In this document: positions 1 to 9,352 of the stretch, one piece after another
Numbering within the stretch: the stretch's first letter is position 1
Layout of the letters: every line of letters starts with the position of its first letter
Assembly (NCBI GenBank): GCA_965223905.1
Contig: CBDCXV010000010.1
Location: forward strand, 1,056,001 to 1,120,000
DNA length: 64,000 nucleotides
Direction of reading: 5' to 3'
Source of the DNA: Candidatus Latescibacterota bacterium
GTDB lineage: Bacteria; Latescibacterota; UBA2968; UBA8231
Translations under genes and position numbers: made by a program
Notes under the pieces: generated by a model
What the model was told of the DNA's origin: nothing
The model's input: the letters and a program-made list of their open reading frames with translations, nothing else
Databases searched by the model: none

Positions 1-153
1 GTTGAAGGACACCGAGAGGTCACCCTGGTGCGCGTGAGCGCTTCCGGGGCCGGTCGCTTCGCCGCGGAGAACACGCGCTCCGCCGTTGTCGAGCCGCTCG
101 AGGCAGCCGGAGGCCGCTACGTCTCCGTCGACCTCGATCCCCTCCCCGAGTGA
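1..153 (+). CDS. 3' end of a gene entering from the left, possibly a LarE-like C-terminus
   Basis: Open frame VEGHREVTLVRV...LEAAGGRYVSVDLDPLPE*; its stop overlaps the def start (GTGA). The family guess rests only on the G-x-x-YVSVDL ending. Confidence 0.35.
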   Translation, partial: VEGHREVTLVRVSASGAGRFAAENTRSAVVEPLEAAGGRYVSVDLDPLPE

Positions 154-686
154 AGCGCGAGATCGTCAAGTTCGGCGCCAGGGTCCTGCGCCGCGCCGCG
201 GCCCCGGTCGCCGCGGTCGACAGCGAGGTCGCCGGCCTCGTCGACGACCTGTTCGATACGCTTGCAGAAGCGGAAGGGGTCGGGCTGGCCGCCCCGCAGA
301 TCGGGGTTTCGAGGCGCGTGATCGTCGTCGACGTCTCCGCGGTGGAGGCGGACAAGCCCCCCCTGGCGCTGATCAACCCCGCTATCGTGAAGGCCTCCGG
401 CGAGGATGTCGCCGAGGAGGGATGCCTGAGCATACCGGAGCTCTACGGCGACGTTTCCCGGTACACCGAGGTCGAGATCGACAGCATCGACGTCAACGGC
501 GAGCCTTACCGGTTCGCCGCCGAGGGGTTCTACGCGCGCGTGCTGCAACACGAGATTGACCACCTCGACGGCAAGCTGTTCATCGACTACCTGCCGGCGC
601 TCAAACGCAACCTCCTGCGCGGGGCCCTGAAGCGGATCAGGAAGGAAGGGGAGGCGTGGGACCGGGAGCACGCGGCAGGCGGTTGA
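150..686 (+). CDS. def: Peptide deformylase
   Basis: All three PDF motifs are present: GVGLAAPQIG, EGCLS and QHEIDHLDG. Confidence 0.97.
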   Translation: MKREIVKFGARVLRRAAAPVAAVDSEVAGLVDDLFDTLAEAEGVGLAAPQIGVSRRVIVVDVSAVEADKPPLALINPAIVKASGEDVAEEGCLSIPELYGDVSRYTEVEIDSIDVNGEPYRFAAEGFYARVLQHEIDHLDGKLFIDYLPALKRNLLRGALKRIRKEGEAWDREHAAGG

Positions 687-692
687 GCGAAA

Positions 693-721
693 TTGACAAC
701 CTCCGACCCCTCCCGTAGGTT
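693..721 (+). promoter_or_regulatory. Sigma70-type promoter of tRNA-Asp
   Basis: TTGACA-17 bp-TAGGTT, about 25 nt upstream of the tRNA. Confidence 0.6.
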
Positions 722-745
722 TCGGAGGTCACGCAGGAATTTATC

Positions 746-824
746 GGGATCGTAGTTCAGTTTGGTTTAGAACGCCGGCCTGTCACGCCGGAGGTCGCGG
801 GTTCGAGTCCCGTCGATCCCGCCA
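746..824 (+). tRNA. tRNA-Asp (GTC)
   Basis: GGGATCG/CGATCCC acceptor stem, anticodon loop CTGTCAC, T-loop GGTTCGAGTCC, encoded CCA. Confidence 0.97.
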
Positions 825-829
825 GTTTC

Positions 830-862
830 GAGGAGGTCCTTTCAAGGGCCTCCTTTCTTTTT
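830..862 (+). terminator. Rho-independent terminator after the tRNA
   Basis: GGAGGTCCTT-TC-AAGGGCCTCC hairpin followed by TTTCTTTTT. Confidence 0.75.
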
Positions 863-1289
863 GTACCCAATGGGTCCACAGGCGGCCGCTGACCGCGGGT
901 TCCTTCAGGAGCGAGGCGCTGTTCCCCAAGGGCCGAAAACGATTTCGGGCGGATTGACGCCTGGGCTGGCGGGATCAGAAGCAGTGCGGCCTGCCCAACT
1001 TTTCCTGCGGGCAAACCTGAGCGTCATCGGCGCCAAGGGCCGAATCGACCGGAGCGTGGACTACGACGAGGATTTTTTTCCCCGGGGTCCGCTCCTTTGT
1101 GCGGATGTTCCCCACCGGCAGGACCGACGACCATGGAAGGCATGCTGGTTCCGGTGGCCGTTCTGGAGGCGCTGAAATCCATCGGCACCGGGGGCAGGGT
1201 CAGGGTGTCCTCAGGAGACCGGCAGGTATAGCGTGCGCCAGGTAGTCCCTCGTTCCCCCAAACAAGGCAAGAATTCAGGCAGCTAAAAC

Positions 1290-2168
1290 ATGGAACTCAT
1301 CGCGGTGGCGCTGGCACTGGCGTCGGCGTTTCTTCACGCCCTGCGGAACCTCCTGGTAAAGCGGGCGATCGACAAGCAGATCTTCGCCTGGCTGGGACTT
1401 CTCGTCGGCCTGACTCTTTACCTTCCGGTCGCGGCGTACGTATCGATCGGCACCGAGGTCGACGTCGCCGCGGTCCTGTTCTACGGCACCCTCTCCGGTG
1501 TCATCCACTTCTTCTACGTCATCTTCTACACCAAGGCGTACGAAGGGGGCGACTTTTCCCAGGTCTACCCCGTCATGCGCTCGGCCCCGGCGCTCGTCCT
1601 GCTGGTCGCCATCCTCTTCCTCGGGGAATACGTCTCCTGGCGGGGAGGGATCGGCATCGCCCTGGTGGTGCTGGGAGCGTACTCGATCAACTTGAAGGGG
1701 GTCGGTCCTGCTGCCTTCATCGAGCCCGTTGCTGCGCACTGGAAGGAGAGACACCTGCAGCTGGCGGTTCTGACGATGCTGACCGTCGCCGCCTATTCCA
1801 TCGTCGACAAGCTCGCAGTGGCCTTGATCCACCCGGTGCTTTTCCTCTGGAGCTACACCCTGGTCACGGTCCTGATGCTGGGCGGGTACCTTGCCCTCAC
1901 CAGGGACAGCAGCGCCATCCGGAACGAGTGGCGCGAGAACCGGCGGGCCGTGCTTCTCAACGGCGTTTTCGGGCTGACCAGCTACGTGCTCATCCTCTAC
2001 GCCTTTCAGCTGGAACGGGTCAGCTACATCGTCGGCCTCAGGCAGATCAGCGTCGTGATGGCCGTGGTCATGGGCGGGCAGCTGCTCGGCGAGGGATTCC
2101 AGGGCATCCGCCTGACGGCGTCGATCGTCATCTTCGCCGGCGCCATGCTGATCGCCACGGCGCAGTAA
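1290..2168 (+). CDS. EamA/DMT family transporter
   Basis: About 10 hydrophobic segments in two repeats; GDFSQVYPVMRSAP and YIVGLRQISVV motifs. Confidence 0.9.
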   Translation: MELIAVALALASAFLHALRNLLVKRAIDKQIFAWLGLLVGLTLYLPVAAYVSIGTEVDVAAVLFYGTLSGVIHFFYVIFYTKAYEGGDFSQVYPVMRSAPALVLLVAILFLGEYVSWRGGIGIALVVLGAYSINLKGVGPAAFIEPVAAHWKERHLQLAVLTMLTVAAYSIVDKLAVALIHPVLFLWSYTLVTVLMLGGYLALTRDSSAIRNEWRENRRAVLLNGVFGLTSYVLILYAFQLERVSYIVGLRQISVVMAVVMGGQLLGEGFQGIRLTASIVIFAGAMLIATAQ

Positions 2169-2216
2169 CGCTCATCCGTTGATGCCCCGGTAACCCATCC
2201 CCTTTATCTGCCAGCG

Positions 2217-3629
2217 ATGCCGGCTCCGATGGAAATGCGATTCGACAAACCCTCCGCGACGCTTGTTCTCGACGTGGGCAAGACCAACGTCAAGCTCCTG
2301 GCGATGGCCAAGGGCGGGGAGATTCTCGCGGTGGAGCGGCTCGAAAACCGCAGTATCGACGGTCCGCCCTATCCCCACCTCGACACCGAAAAGGTCTGGA
2401 GCTGGCTGTTGCAGGCCGCGGCCGGGTTCTCGGCGAGCTACGAGATCGACGCCATCGTGCCGACGACCCACGGCTGCACCGCCGCCCTCATGGGAGGGGA
2501 CCGGCTCGCCCTGCCCATACTCGACTACGAGGCCGAGCCGCCGCAGGAGACCGCCGAGGCCTTCGCCGTGGCCGCTCCCGCGTTCGCCGAGACCTGCTGC
2601 CCGACCCTGCCGGCGGGGATGAACCTCGGCCGCCAGCTGTTCTGGCTGCAGGGCGATTTCCCACGGGAGTTCGCCCGCGCCGACCGCGTCCTCGCCTACC
2701 CGCAGTACTGGTCCTGGCGGCTGTCCGGGGTTTCGGCGAGCGAGCTGACCTCTATCGGCTGCCACGGCCACCTGTGGAATCCCCGGGAGCGGCGCTATTC
2801 CTCCCTCGTGCAGCGGCAGGGATGGGAGAGGCTGTTTCCCCCCATCCGGCCGGCGCACGCCTCCCTGGGGCCGATTCGCCCCGGGATCGCGCGGCGCACC
2901 GGATTGCCGGCGCACTGCCGCGTCCACTGCGGCATCCACGACAGCAACGCCGCCTACAGCCTGTACCTGCGCGGCCATCCCCGGCCCTTCAGCCTGGTCT
3001 CGACCGGAACCTGGGTGGTGATGTTCAGCCCGCGCCTGCCCCTGGACAGGCTGGACGAAGAGCGCGACACCCTCGCCTTCGTCGACCTGATGGGGCGCCC
3101 GGTGCCGGCGGCCCGCTACATGGGGGGCCGCGAGTTCGAGATCCTGAGCGCCGCGGCCGGGAGCAGGTCCTGCACCGAGGCCCACCTGCGCAGGGTGCTC
3201 GCCGGGGGGAGCTTTCTGCTGCCCTCGTTCGCGCCGGGGGGCCCGTTCATGGGGCGCGCCGGTACGACCTCGGGACCGGAGCCGCAGACGGACGGCGAGA
3301 TCATCGCGCGGGCGACCCTGTACGCGGCGCTGATGACGGCGACCAGCCTGGGCATTCTGGAGGCGGACGGAGACCTCGTCATCGACGGCGGCTTCGTCAA
3401 CAACGAGCTCTACTGCCGCCTGCTCGCCGCCCTGGCAGGCTGCGAAAGCTGCTTCGCCAACCACCAGACCGAGGGCACCGCGGTCGGCGCCGGCATGCTC
3501 GCTGTCTGGGAGGAGGAAACCGCGGCGTGGCCGTTGAGCTTGGTCCGCGTCGACCCCTTCGACGATCCCGCCCTCGGGCCGTACGCCGGGCGCTGGAACA
3601 CCCTTCTCGGGGAGTCCGCACCCCCCTGA
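2217..3629 (+). CDS. FGGY-family carbohydrate kinase (rhamnulo/fuculokinase-like)
   Basis: LDVGKTNVK phosphate loop, GIHDSNA, STGTW and IDGGF motifs. Confidence 0.88.
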   Translation: MPAPMEMRFDKPSATLVLDVGKTNVKLLAMAKGGEILAVERLENRSIDGPPYPHLDTEKVWSWLLQAAAGFSASYEIDAIVPTTHGCTAALMGGDRLALPILDYEAEPPQETAEAFAVAAPAFAETCCPTLPAGMNLGRQLFWLQGDFPREFARADRVLAYPQYWSWRLSGVSASELTSIGCHGHLWNPRERRYSSLVQRQGWERLFPPIRPAHASLGPIRPGIARRTGLPAHCRVHCGIHDSNAAYSLYLRGHPRPFSLVSTGTWVVMFSPRLPLDRLDEERDTLAFVDLMGRPVPAARYMGGREFEILSAAAGSRSCTEAHLRRVLAGGSFLLPSFAPGGPFMGRAGTTSGPEPQTDGEIIARATLYAALMTATSLGILEADGDLVIDGGFVNNELYCRLLAALAGCESCFANHQTEGTAVGAGMLAVWEEETAAWPLSLVRVDPFDDPALGPYAGRWNTLLGESAPP

Positions 3630-4090
3630 TAGCAAACCGCCGGCCATCGCGGAGCCCCCCCGGGGAATTACACGAATGACAACCGGGCCGTGCTGCGGGT
3701 TTGCCGGGTGCGTCCCTCGCTGCGGAAAGGGTCGCGGGTGTCGAGGCCGGGTTTGGAAAGGCCGGACCTGCGGCAGGGCCGTCAGCGGCGTGGGAGAGAG
3801 CCGAGAATCGACCGGGAGCAGCCAGGCGGTCCAGTTCGTTGCGGAGTCCGCCCGTAGTCTGCGGGTGAGAGTGTTGCGGGGGCTGCTATGAGGGCGAATT
3901 GCATCGCAGCCGACCCCCAGGCGCGGAGCCGGGCCTCGGTGGCCGAGGGTGTGGCGGATTTTGCGGCGCGCCAACAGGGCGGAGGTCCGGCCTGCCGGTG
4001 TGAAAGGGGTGGCTGCTGTATGTCGGTGGCTTGCGCCGGACTGCGGAAGGCCGCTCCGCCGGAGGACGGGGTTGCGGAAATGCGGGGAAG

Positions 4091-4354
4091 CTATCTCCGC
4101 CGGCCGCGGCGGCGAAACCCCCTCTTGCCGCCAGGCTTATGCGCTTCCGCCACCTCGATTTCGAAGCCGAGCAGGTTCTGGCCGTTGAGACCGGAGATGG
4201 CCTCCTTGCCCGCGGATTTGCTCGGCATCTCGACGAAAGCCCGTCCCTGGGTCTTGCGGATCTCCACCGAGGAAACGCGGCCGAAAATCTCGAAGAGGGT
4301 GCGCAGGTCCTCTTCGTGCGCCTCGGAGGCGAGGTTGTTGACGGTTATCCGCAT
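4091..4354 (-). CDS. RRM RNA-binding protein with basic Gly/Arg tail
   Basis: RNP2-like ITVNNL, RNP1-like GRAFVEM and AISGLNG...IEVAEA. Start reassigned to the ATG at 4354. Confidence 0.88.
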   Translation of the reverse strand: MRITVNNLASEAHEEDLRTLFEIFGRVSSVEIRKTQGRAFVEMPSKSAGKEAISGLNGQNLLGFEIEVAEAHKPGGKRGFRRRGRRR

Positions 4355-4627
4355 CAGGATTGCCTGCAGGGGAAGCGGGTGGGGGGGGTGGAGGTGCGTG
4401 AAGGCGCCAATATAGCCACGGCCCCGGTTTACCGCCAAACCGGGGCCCCGGCGAGTCCGGGCTATCGGGCGCCCCGCAGGACTGCTACGAGTGGGCCTGA
4501 ATCTTCGAGTTCCGGGAGAGGAGCCGGACCGCCAGGCGGCCTGGGGAAACCAGGTACCGGAACGCCTCCGGAGGGGTGGATACAAAAAAGCCCCGGGTGG
4601 CATCGGGGCTTTCAAATCGTGGAATCC

Positions 4628-4736
4628 AATGTACTGCCGAAGCCTGCACAATGTCAAGAAAAAAATGCGTAACTCGTTGTAGTTTAACATGTTATGAATT
4701 TTTTTATTGACATTGTTACACCTTCCCCGGTAGCGT
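4628..4736. promoter_or_regulatory. Divergent sigma70-type promoter pair
   Basis: Plus strand TTGACA(4707)-18-TAGCGT; minus strand TTGACA(4657)-18-TACATT; AT-rich spacer between them. Confidence 0.5.
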
Positions 4737-4786
4737 AGTCCCGTCCGCAGGAAACGTTGTCCGCCAGCCAGGAGGGAATCGCCGGC

Positions 4787-5539
4787 ATGGAGAATCCGGA
4801 TCGGGAAACCCTTGCAGTCCGCGAAGGCCGGGTTGTGGTCGGCGATTGGTCAGCCGACGTCGGCGAGGTTGTCGCCGTGTCGGCGCGGCTGCGCCGACTG
4901 CTCGGCGACGGCCGCCTCTCGCAGGCGCGGAAGATGCTGAGGTCGCTCTCCCGGGAGGAGTTGGTCGCCGTGGTGGCGGTGGACGCCGAACCGGAGGAGA
5001 TCCTGTCGCTGACGGCGATGGATGAAGAGGGCCGCCCCGGGTACCTGGCCGAAGTGGTGGACAGACTGCCCTCCTCCCTGCTGACCGAGCTGCTGGTTCC
5101 CCGCGACGCCAAATGGGACCGATTCAATACCGGGCTGCTCGCGTCGATGTCGGAAACGACCTTCCGGCGAACGGTGGCCGACACCCTGGATCCGGTCTAC
5201 TTCCACGGCCATCGCGGCGCCGTATCCTGGGAATGGCTCGAGATCGTCGCCGCCCTGCCGGACGTCGACCGGATCGCCTCTCTGCTCGACTTCGTGGACG
5301 AGGAGGTCCTCGAGGACGCGCTGCTTCCCCACATCGACCGCTTTGCCATGAACGAAGCGGTCTTCCCCGGATTTCCCGCTTTCAGAACCGTTTCCGAATC
5401 GGGCGGGGGTCTGATGCTGCCGGCGATGGACGACCCCGAAAAAGAAGAGGTGATTCACGCTCTCCACGCCGCGGCGCCGGAGCTGCTGGCCCGCGTCATC
5501 CGCAACGCCTGGGAACGGGCCGGGGGGATGCAGCCGTGA
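4787..5539 (+). CDS. Hypothetical alpha-helical protein
   Basis: GGAGG RBS before the ATG, host-like codon usage, GTGA overlap with the next gene. Confidence 0.7.
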   Translation: MENPDRETLAVREGRVVVGDWSADVGEVVAVSARLRRLLGDGRLSQARKMLRSLSREELVAVVAVDAEPEEILSLTAMDEEGRPGYLAEVVDRLPSSLLTELLVPRDAKWDRFNTGLLASMSETTFRRTVADTLDPVYFHGHRGAVSWEWLEIVAALPDVDRIASLLDFVDEEVLEDALLPHIDRFAMNEAVFPGFPAFRTVSESGGGLMLPAMDDPEKEEVIHALHAAAPELLARVIRNAWERAGGMQP

Positions 5540-6699
5540 CCCAGCTCGCCCACCCCGACCTCAACGCCCTGCTGCAGGATCGCACCTGTTTCGCCGCCCG
5601 CGCCATCGAGTTGGGGTTGCGGTTCGGCCGCCTGCCGGGGCGTTTCGCCGATACCCTCGCCGCCTTCCTGCGCCTGCGCAGCATGGAGTTCGCAGGGCGC
5701 CACCGCACCGGTATCTCCCTCGGACGGGATGGGATCCGCAAGGGCATCGAGCACGCATTCACCTGCTTCGACCTCGGGCTGGAGCAGGAGTCGGGCGCCG
5801 ATGTCGAGCGCGCCGTCGAGCTGCTCGCGGAACCCGACTTTCCGGGGCTCTGCCGGAAGGGGTACGAAGCCGCCTTTCAGCGCTTGCGGGAGATGCGCCG
5901 CGAGTCCGAGGCCCTGTGCCGCCTGCCGCACTGGGAGCTGCTCCCGGAGTTCGCGGCGCGGCTCGAGACCTGGAAACGGATCACACCCGAAACCTTTGTC
6001 TCGTCAGATGTCGACGGGTGCGCGGTCGGCGTCGACCCGCGCGTGGATTACGCCCTCTTCGAGGAAACCGCCGCCCGCCTGCGGTTCGTCTGCTCGCTGC
6101 CGCAAGCGGCCCTGCAATCGGCGCGGGCGCAAGACCTCGCCGGTTTCGACCACATCCTCAGGCGGCTGGTAGCGGCTGTCGCCATGTCCGCGGAAACCCT
6201 GGAGATGGACAGGGCGGCCTTGCGGCGTTTCCGCAAGCGGCACTTCTCCGGGGGAGAAATGCTGGCCGAGTCACGGCTCCTGGTGGAACGGGAAATCGAG
6301 GCCCATCTCGAAAGCAATGCCCCCGGGGCGCGCGGGTTCCTGCTGGGCGAGGTGGCGGCAATCATCGCCGACCTCGAGGCGGCGTCCGGAGAAGAGGAAC
6401 GGTTCGCAGCCGCGGTCAGGGGCGGCCTGATCCCGGAGTCGAAATTGGCCGCGAAATCCGCGTTGGCCGACATCGCAGCAACCTCAGGTCCTGAATCACC
6501 GCACCGATGGAGCGAAAGGATGAAGCCAGTCAGTGTCGAGGATCTCGAAAGAGTCGCGCGTCTGTACAAGTCCAACAAGGAGGCGAGCGCCGCCCTCGGA
6601 ATTCACCCGCGCTCCTTCGCCCGCCTGTGCCGCCAACACGGCATCCCGACCCCCTACGTCCGCATGAGAAGGGCCCGGGCCGACTGTCGCCGCGGCTGA
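5536..6699 (+). CDS. Hypothetical protein (DUF6178/6179-like segment) with C-terminal HTH-like module
   Basis: LGLEQESGADVERAVELL...CRKG segment; C-terminal NKEASAALGIHPRSFARLCRQHGI. Confidence 0.6.
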   Translation: MTQLAHPDLNALLQDRTCFAARAIELGLRFGRLPGRFADTLAAFLRLRSMEFAGRHRTGISLGRDGIRKGIEHAFTCFDLGLEQESGADVERAVELLAEPDFPGLCRKGYEAAFQRLREMRRESEALCRLPHWELLPEFAARLETWKRITPETFVSSDVDGCAVGVDPRVDYALFEETAARLRFVCSLPQAALQSARAQDLAGFDHILRRLVAAVAMSAETLEMDRAALRRFRKRHFSGGEMLAESRLLVEREIEAHLESNAPGARGFLLGEVAAIIADLEAASGEEERFAAAVRGGLIPESKLAAKSALADIAATSGPESPHRWSERMKPVSVEDLERVARLYKSNKEASAALGIHPRSFARLCRQHGIPTPYVRMRRARADCRRG

Positions 6700-6741
6700 T
6701 CGTTCAGCTCCGTGGCGCGGCTTCAGCGTCCGGACATCGTA

Positions 6742-6838
6742 GCGGTCGACAGCGAGGTCGCCGGCCTCGTTCGAGGCCTGTTCGACATGCTTGGGAAGCG
6801 GAAGGCGTCGGGCTGGCGGCCCCCAGGATCCGGGGTCG
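6742..6838 (+). pseudogene. Degenerate partial copy of the def 5' region
   Basis: GCGGTCGACAGCGAGGTCGCCGGCCTCGT is identical to 213-241, and similarity continues with indels through the GVGLAAP codons. Confidence 0.85.
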
Positions 6839-6926
6839 GATGCAGCCGTACTGGAAATGTCTGGTTCGATGCCCCCGGTGACGGAGCGATCCCCTCTGCC
6901 CCGAACGCCCGCCCACAAACCCGAGG

Positions 6927-7376
6927 TTAAACCCTCCGGCCGGCGTACTCCCCGGTGAAGCGGCCGGCCGGCTCCCCCCGGCAGCGGATGTCTGCGGTCA
7001 GGTCGAGGCGCCCCTTGCCTTCTTCCGCCAGCGCCGCGAGGAAACGGCTCCAGCTCTCCTGGTCGGGGGCTGGGGCGAAGGCTTCGAAGTCGGCCGGCAG
7101 GGGGGCGAAGTACTCGACGGAGTTGCGCCTGATCACGAGCGCCGTCTCACAGGGGAGGCTGCGCAGCCGCAGGTGGATGAGGGTCCAGCCGGCGATCATC
7201 GCCAGGGCCGAGGCGCTGCCGCCGAAAACGGTGCCGCGGTGATTGACGTTGGGGGCCAGCGGCGCCGCCAGGAGCACACCGGTCTCGTCGATGGAAACGA
7301 CGGAAACCTGCATGCTCTTCGAGAGCGGAATCCGCTCGTGCAGGTAGCGCTCAGTTTCGATTGACAGGGTTTCCAC
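6927..7376 (-). CDS. YiiD C-terminal-like thioesterase (hotdog fold)
   Basis: IPLSKSMQV...APLAPNVNHRGTVFGGS...GW pattern. Confidence 0.88.
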   Translation of the reverse strand: METLSIETERYLHERIPLSKSMQVSVVSIDETGVLLAAPLAPNVNHRGTVFGGSASALAMIAGWTLIHLRLRSLPCETALVIRRNSVEYFAPLPADFEAFAPAPDQESWSRFLAALAEEGKGRLDLTADIRCRGEPAGRFTGEYAGRRV

Positions 7377-7591
7377 TCAGCGCCCGGGTGCGCAATTCCG
7401 CGTTCGTTCGCCCGCCGGCCTCGTTACGTACGACTCGTTCAGGAGCCTTGCCTGCCCGGCGCATCCTCGCCTCGATCCCTTCCCGGACTTGCGCGCAGGG
7501 CACTGGTGCTCCGTCCCCCGATTGCGATGGAATTCTTTCACCAGCTACCCCCCGTGCGGCCTTGTCCTTCGGCACCCTGTCCCCCGGCCGC

Positions 7592-7990
7592 CTACTCGTC
7601 CTTGACGATCAGGCCGACCAGGAGGCCGGCGACGATGAATTCGACCAGGGTGCCGAGAAACCATCCCAGGGCCAGCGCGTAGGGCAGGGGCATTACGGCA
7701 TAGGTGCCGTAGCCCATTCCGACCCCCCATGCCAGGCCGATGAAGAACCCGTACCTGAGCCCGTTCCCGAGGTTTTTTTCAGCGAAGAAGCGGGCGTACA
7801 CGTAAACGAAGACGACCGCGGCGATCCCTGTCGCCAGATAAATCAGGGAGAGCTTCATCTCTTCCTGGGGACGCCAGAGATCCGCAGTCGAGGCGTAGGC
7901 ATCCATGAGGATGAGATTGTGGATGATGAAGTCGATGATCGTAAAGGCCACGAACACGGCGACCATGCCGATCAAGGCGCGTTTGTCCAT
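7592..7990 (-). CDS. Small 4-TM membrane protein (DUF1761-like)
   Basis: Four hydrophobic helices; AGGAGG RBS. Confidence 0.7.
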   Translation of the reverse strand: MDKRALIGMVAVFVAFTIIDFIIHNLILMDAYASTADLWRPQEEMKLSLIYLATGIAAVVFVYVYARFFAEKNLGNGLRYGFFIGLAWGVGMGYGTYAVMPLPYALALGWFLGTLVEFIVAGLLVGLIVKDE

Positions 7991-8151
7991 CCTGCTTCCT
8001 CCTGGTGAGAGTGCCGCTCCCGCTCACGGTCGACCTGCCGGTCCCAGGGAGCCCATTAGCCGGACGGAAGGTAGGGGATGAGAAAAGCAGCCGACAGCGG
8101 GGCCGCGGTCGTTTGAGATCGGCCACTGCCTGGAATATATTCGGCGCCCTC

Positions 8152-9336
8152 GTGAAACGGCCCGCCTCACACATTCTGCAATCGAAAACGCTGCTGTTCT
8201 GCCTTGCCTTGGCCGCGGCCAAGGCCTGGGGACAGGAGCCGGAGCCGATCCGCATCGGGGCGCTCTACCCGACCTCGGGAAGCGCCGCGGTGTTCGGCTC
8301 GCCGGCGCTGGACGGCCACGAGATGGCCGTCGAGGAGATCAACGCCGCCGGGGGAGTGCTCGGCCGCCGGCTCGAAACTGAGGCTCGCGACACCAAGCTC
8401 AAGCCGGCGGCCGCGGTGGCCGCGGCCAAGGAGTTGATCACCAAGGAGGGGGTCAGCATTCTCCTAGGTTCCCTGAGCTCGGCGGTCGGACTGGCGCTCG
8501 CCGAGGTCGCCCGCAGGGAGAAGGTGATCTTCGTCGCCACGATCGCCAAGACGATCCAGCTTTCCACCACAAGGAAACACGACTACGTCTTTCGCACCGC
8601 GGCCAACACCGACAGCGAAGGGCGCGGCATCGCCCGCGTCCTCGGCATGGTGGGCGCCCGGCGGGTCTGCCACCTGCAGTTCGACTACGCCTACGGCCAC
8701 GACCTGGGGGCGGGGGTGATGAAGGCGCTGCCGCAGGAAGCCCCCGGCGCCGAGATCGTCCTCGATCTCAAGATCAAGCTGGGGACCACCGACTTCAATT
8801 CCTATATCGCCCAGGTGATCGGTTCCGGATGCGACTGCGTCGCCAGCGGGCTGTGGGGATCGTCCTTCATCAACATCGCCCAGCAGGGCAGGCCGTTCGG
8901 ACTGTTCGAGCAGGTGAAGTACGTGTCGGGCGGCGAGATCGCCTCCCCGGAGATCGCCGCCGAGCTGAAAGGGGACTATCCCGACAACGTCTGGAGCAAC
9001 GCCTACGAGCTGTGGTACCACCACAACTCGCCGCTGCACGAGGCCTACCAGCAGAAGCTGGCCGAGCGCTTCGGCACCCCGCACACCCCGAGCTGGCCGG
9101 CCCTCGGGTACGTCGGCGTCAAGTTCGCCGCAGCGGCCATCGAAAAGGCGGGCTCGACCGATCCGGACGCGCTGTCGGCGGCGTTCAAGGGTCTCGCCAT
9201 AGAGACGCCGTTGGGGCCCCGCCGGATCGATCCGGAGACCCACCAGGCCGACACCGGGCAGTTCTGGGGGCCCATGAAGCAATCGGAGCACGGTTTCCGG
9301 ATGATGGACCCGGTCACCTACATCCACGGCAACTGA
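8152..9336 (+). CDS. Branched-chain amino acid-type ABC substrate-binding protein
   Basis: Signal-peptide-like N-terminus, IRIGALYPTSG, EINAAGGVLGR, DYAYG. Start position uncertain. Confidence 0.9.
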   Translation: MKRPASHILQSKTLLFCLALAAAKAWGQEPEPIRIGALYPTSGSAAVFGSPALDGHEMAVEEINAAGGVLGRRLETEARDTKLKPAAAVAAAKELITKEGVSILLGSLSSAVGLALAEVARREKVIFVATIAKTIQLSTTRKHDYVFRTAANTDSEGRGIARVLGMVGARRVCHLQFDYAYGHDLGAGVMKALPQEAPGAEIVLDLKIKLGTTDFNSYIAQVIGSGCDCVASGLWGSSFINIAQQGRPFGLFEQVKYVSGGEIASPEIAAELKGDYPDNVWSNAYELWYHHNSPLHEAYQQKLAERFGTPHTPSWPALGYVGVKFAAAAIEKAGSTDPDALSAAFKGLAIETPLGPRRIDPETHQADTGQFWGPMKQSEHGFRMMDPVTYIHGN

Positions 9337-9352
9337 GCTCACGGCTGCCGGG

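Noticed and set aside
746-824. tRNA-Asp as the island's integration site
   Set aside because: I noticed no repeat of its 3' end, and the att-like segment at 29623-29640 has a different acceptor sequence.
861-1260. ORF 861-1175 after the tRNA
   Set aside because: No RBS or recognisable motif; at most a decayed gene remnant.
4420-4615. 6S RNA or a known riboswitch
   Set aside because: Hairpins are present but I could not match any family consensus; kept only as a low-interest finding.
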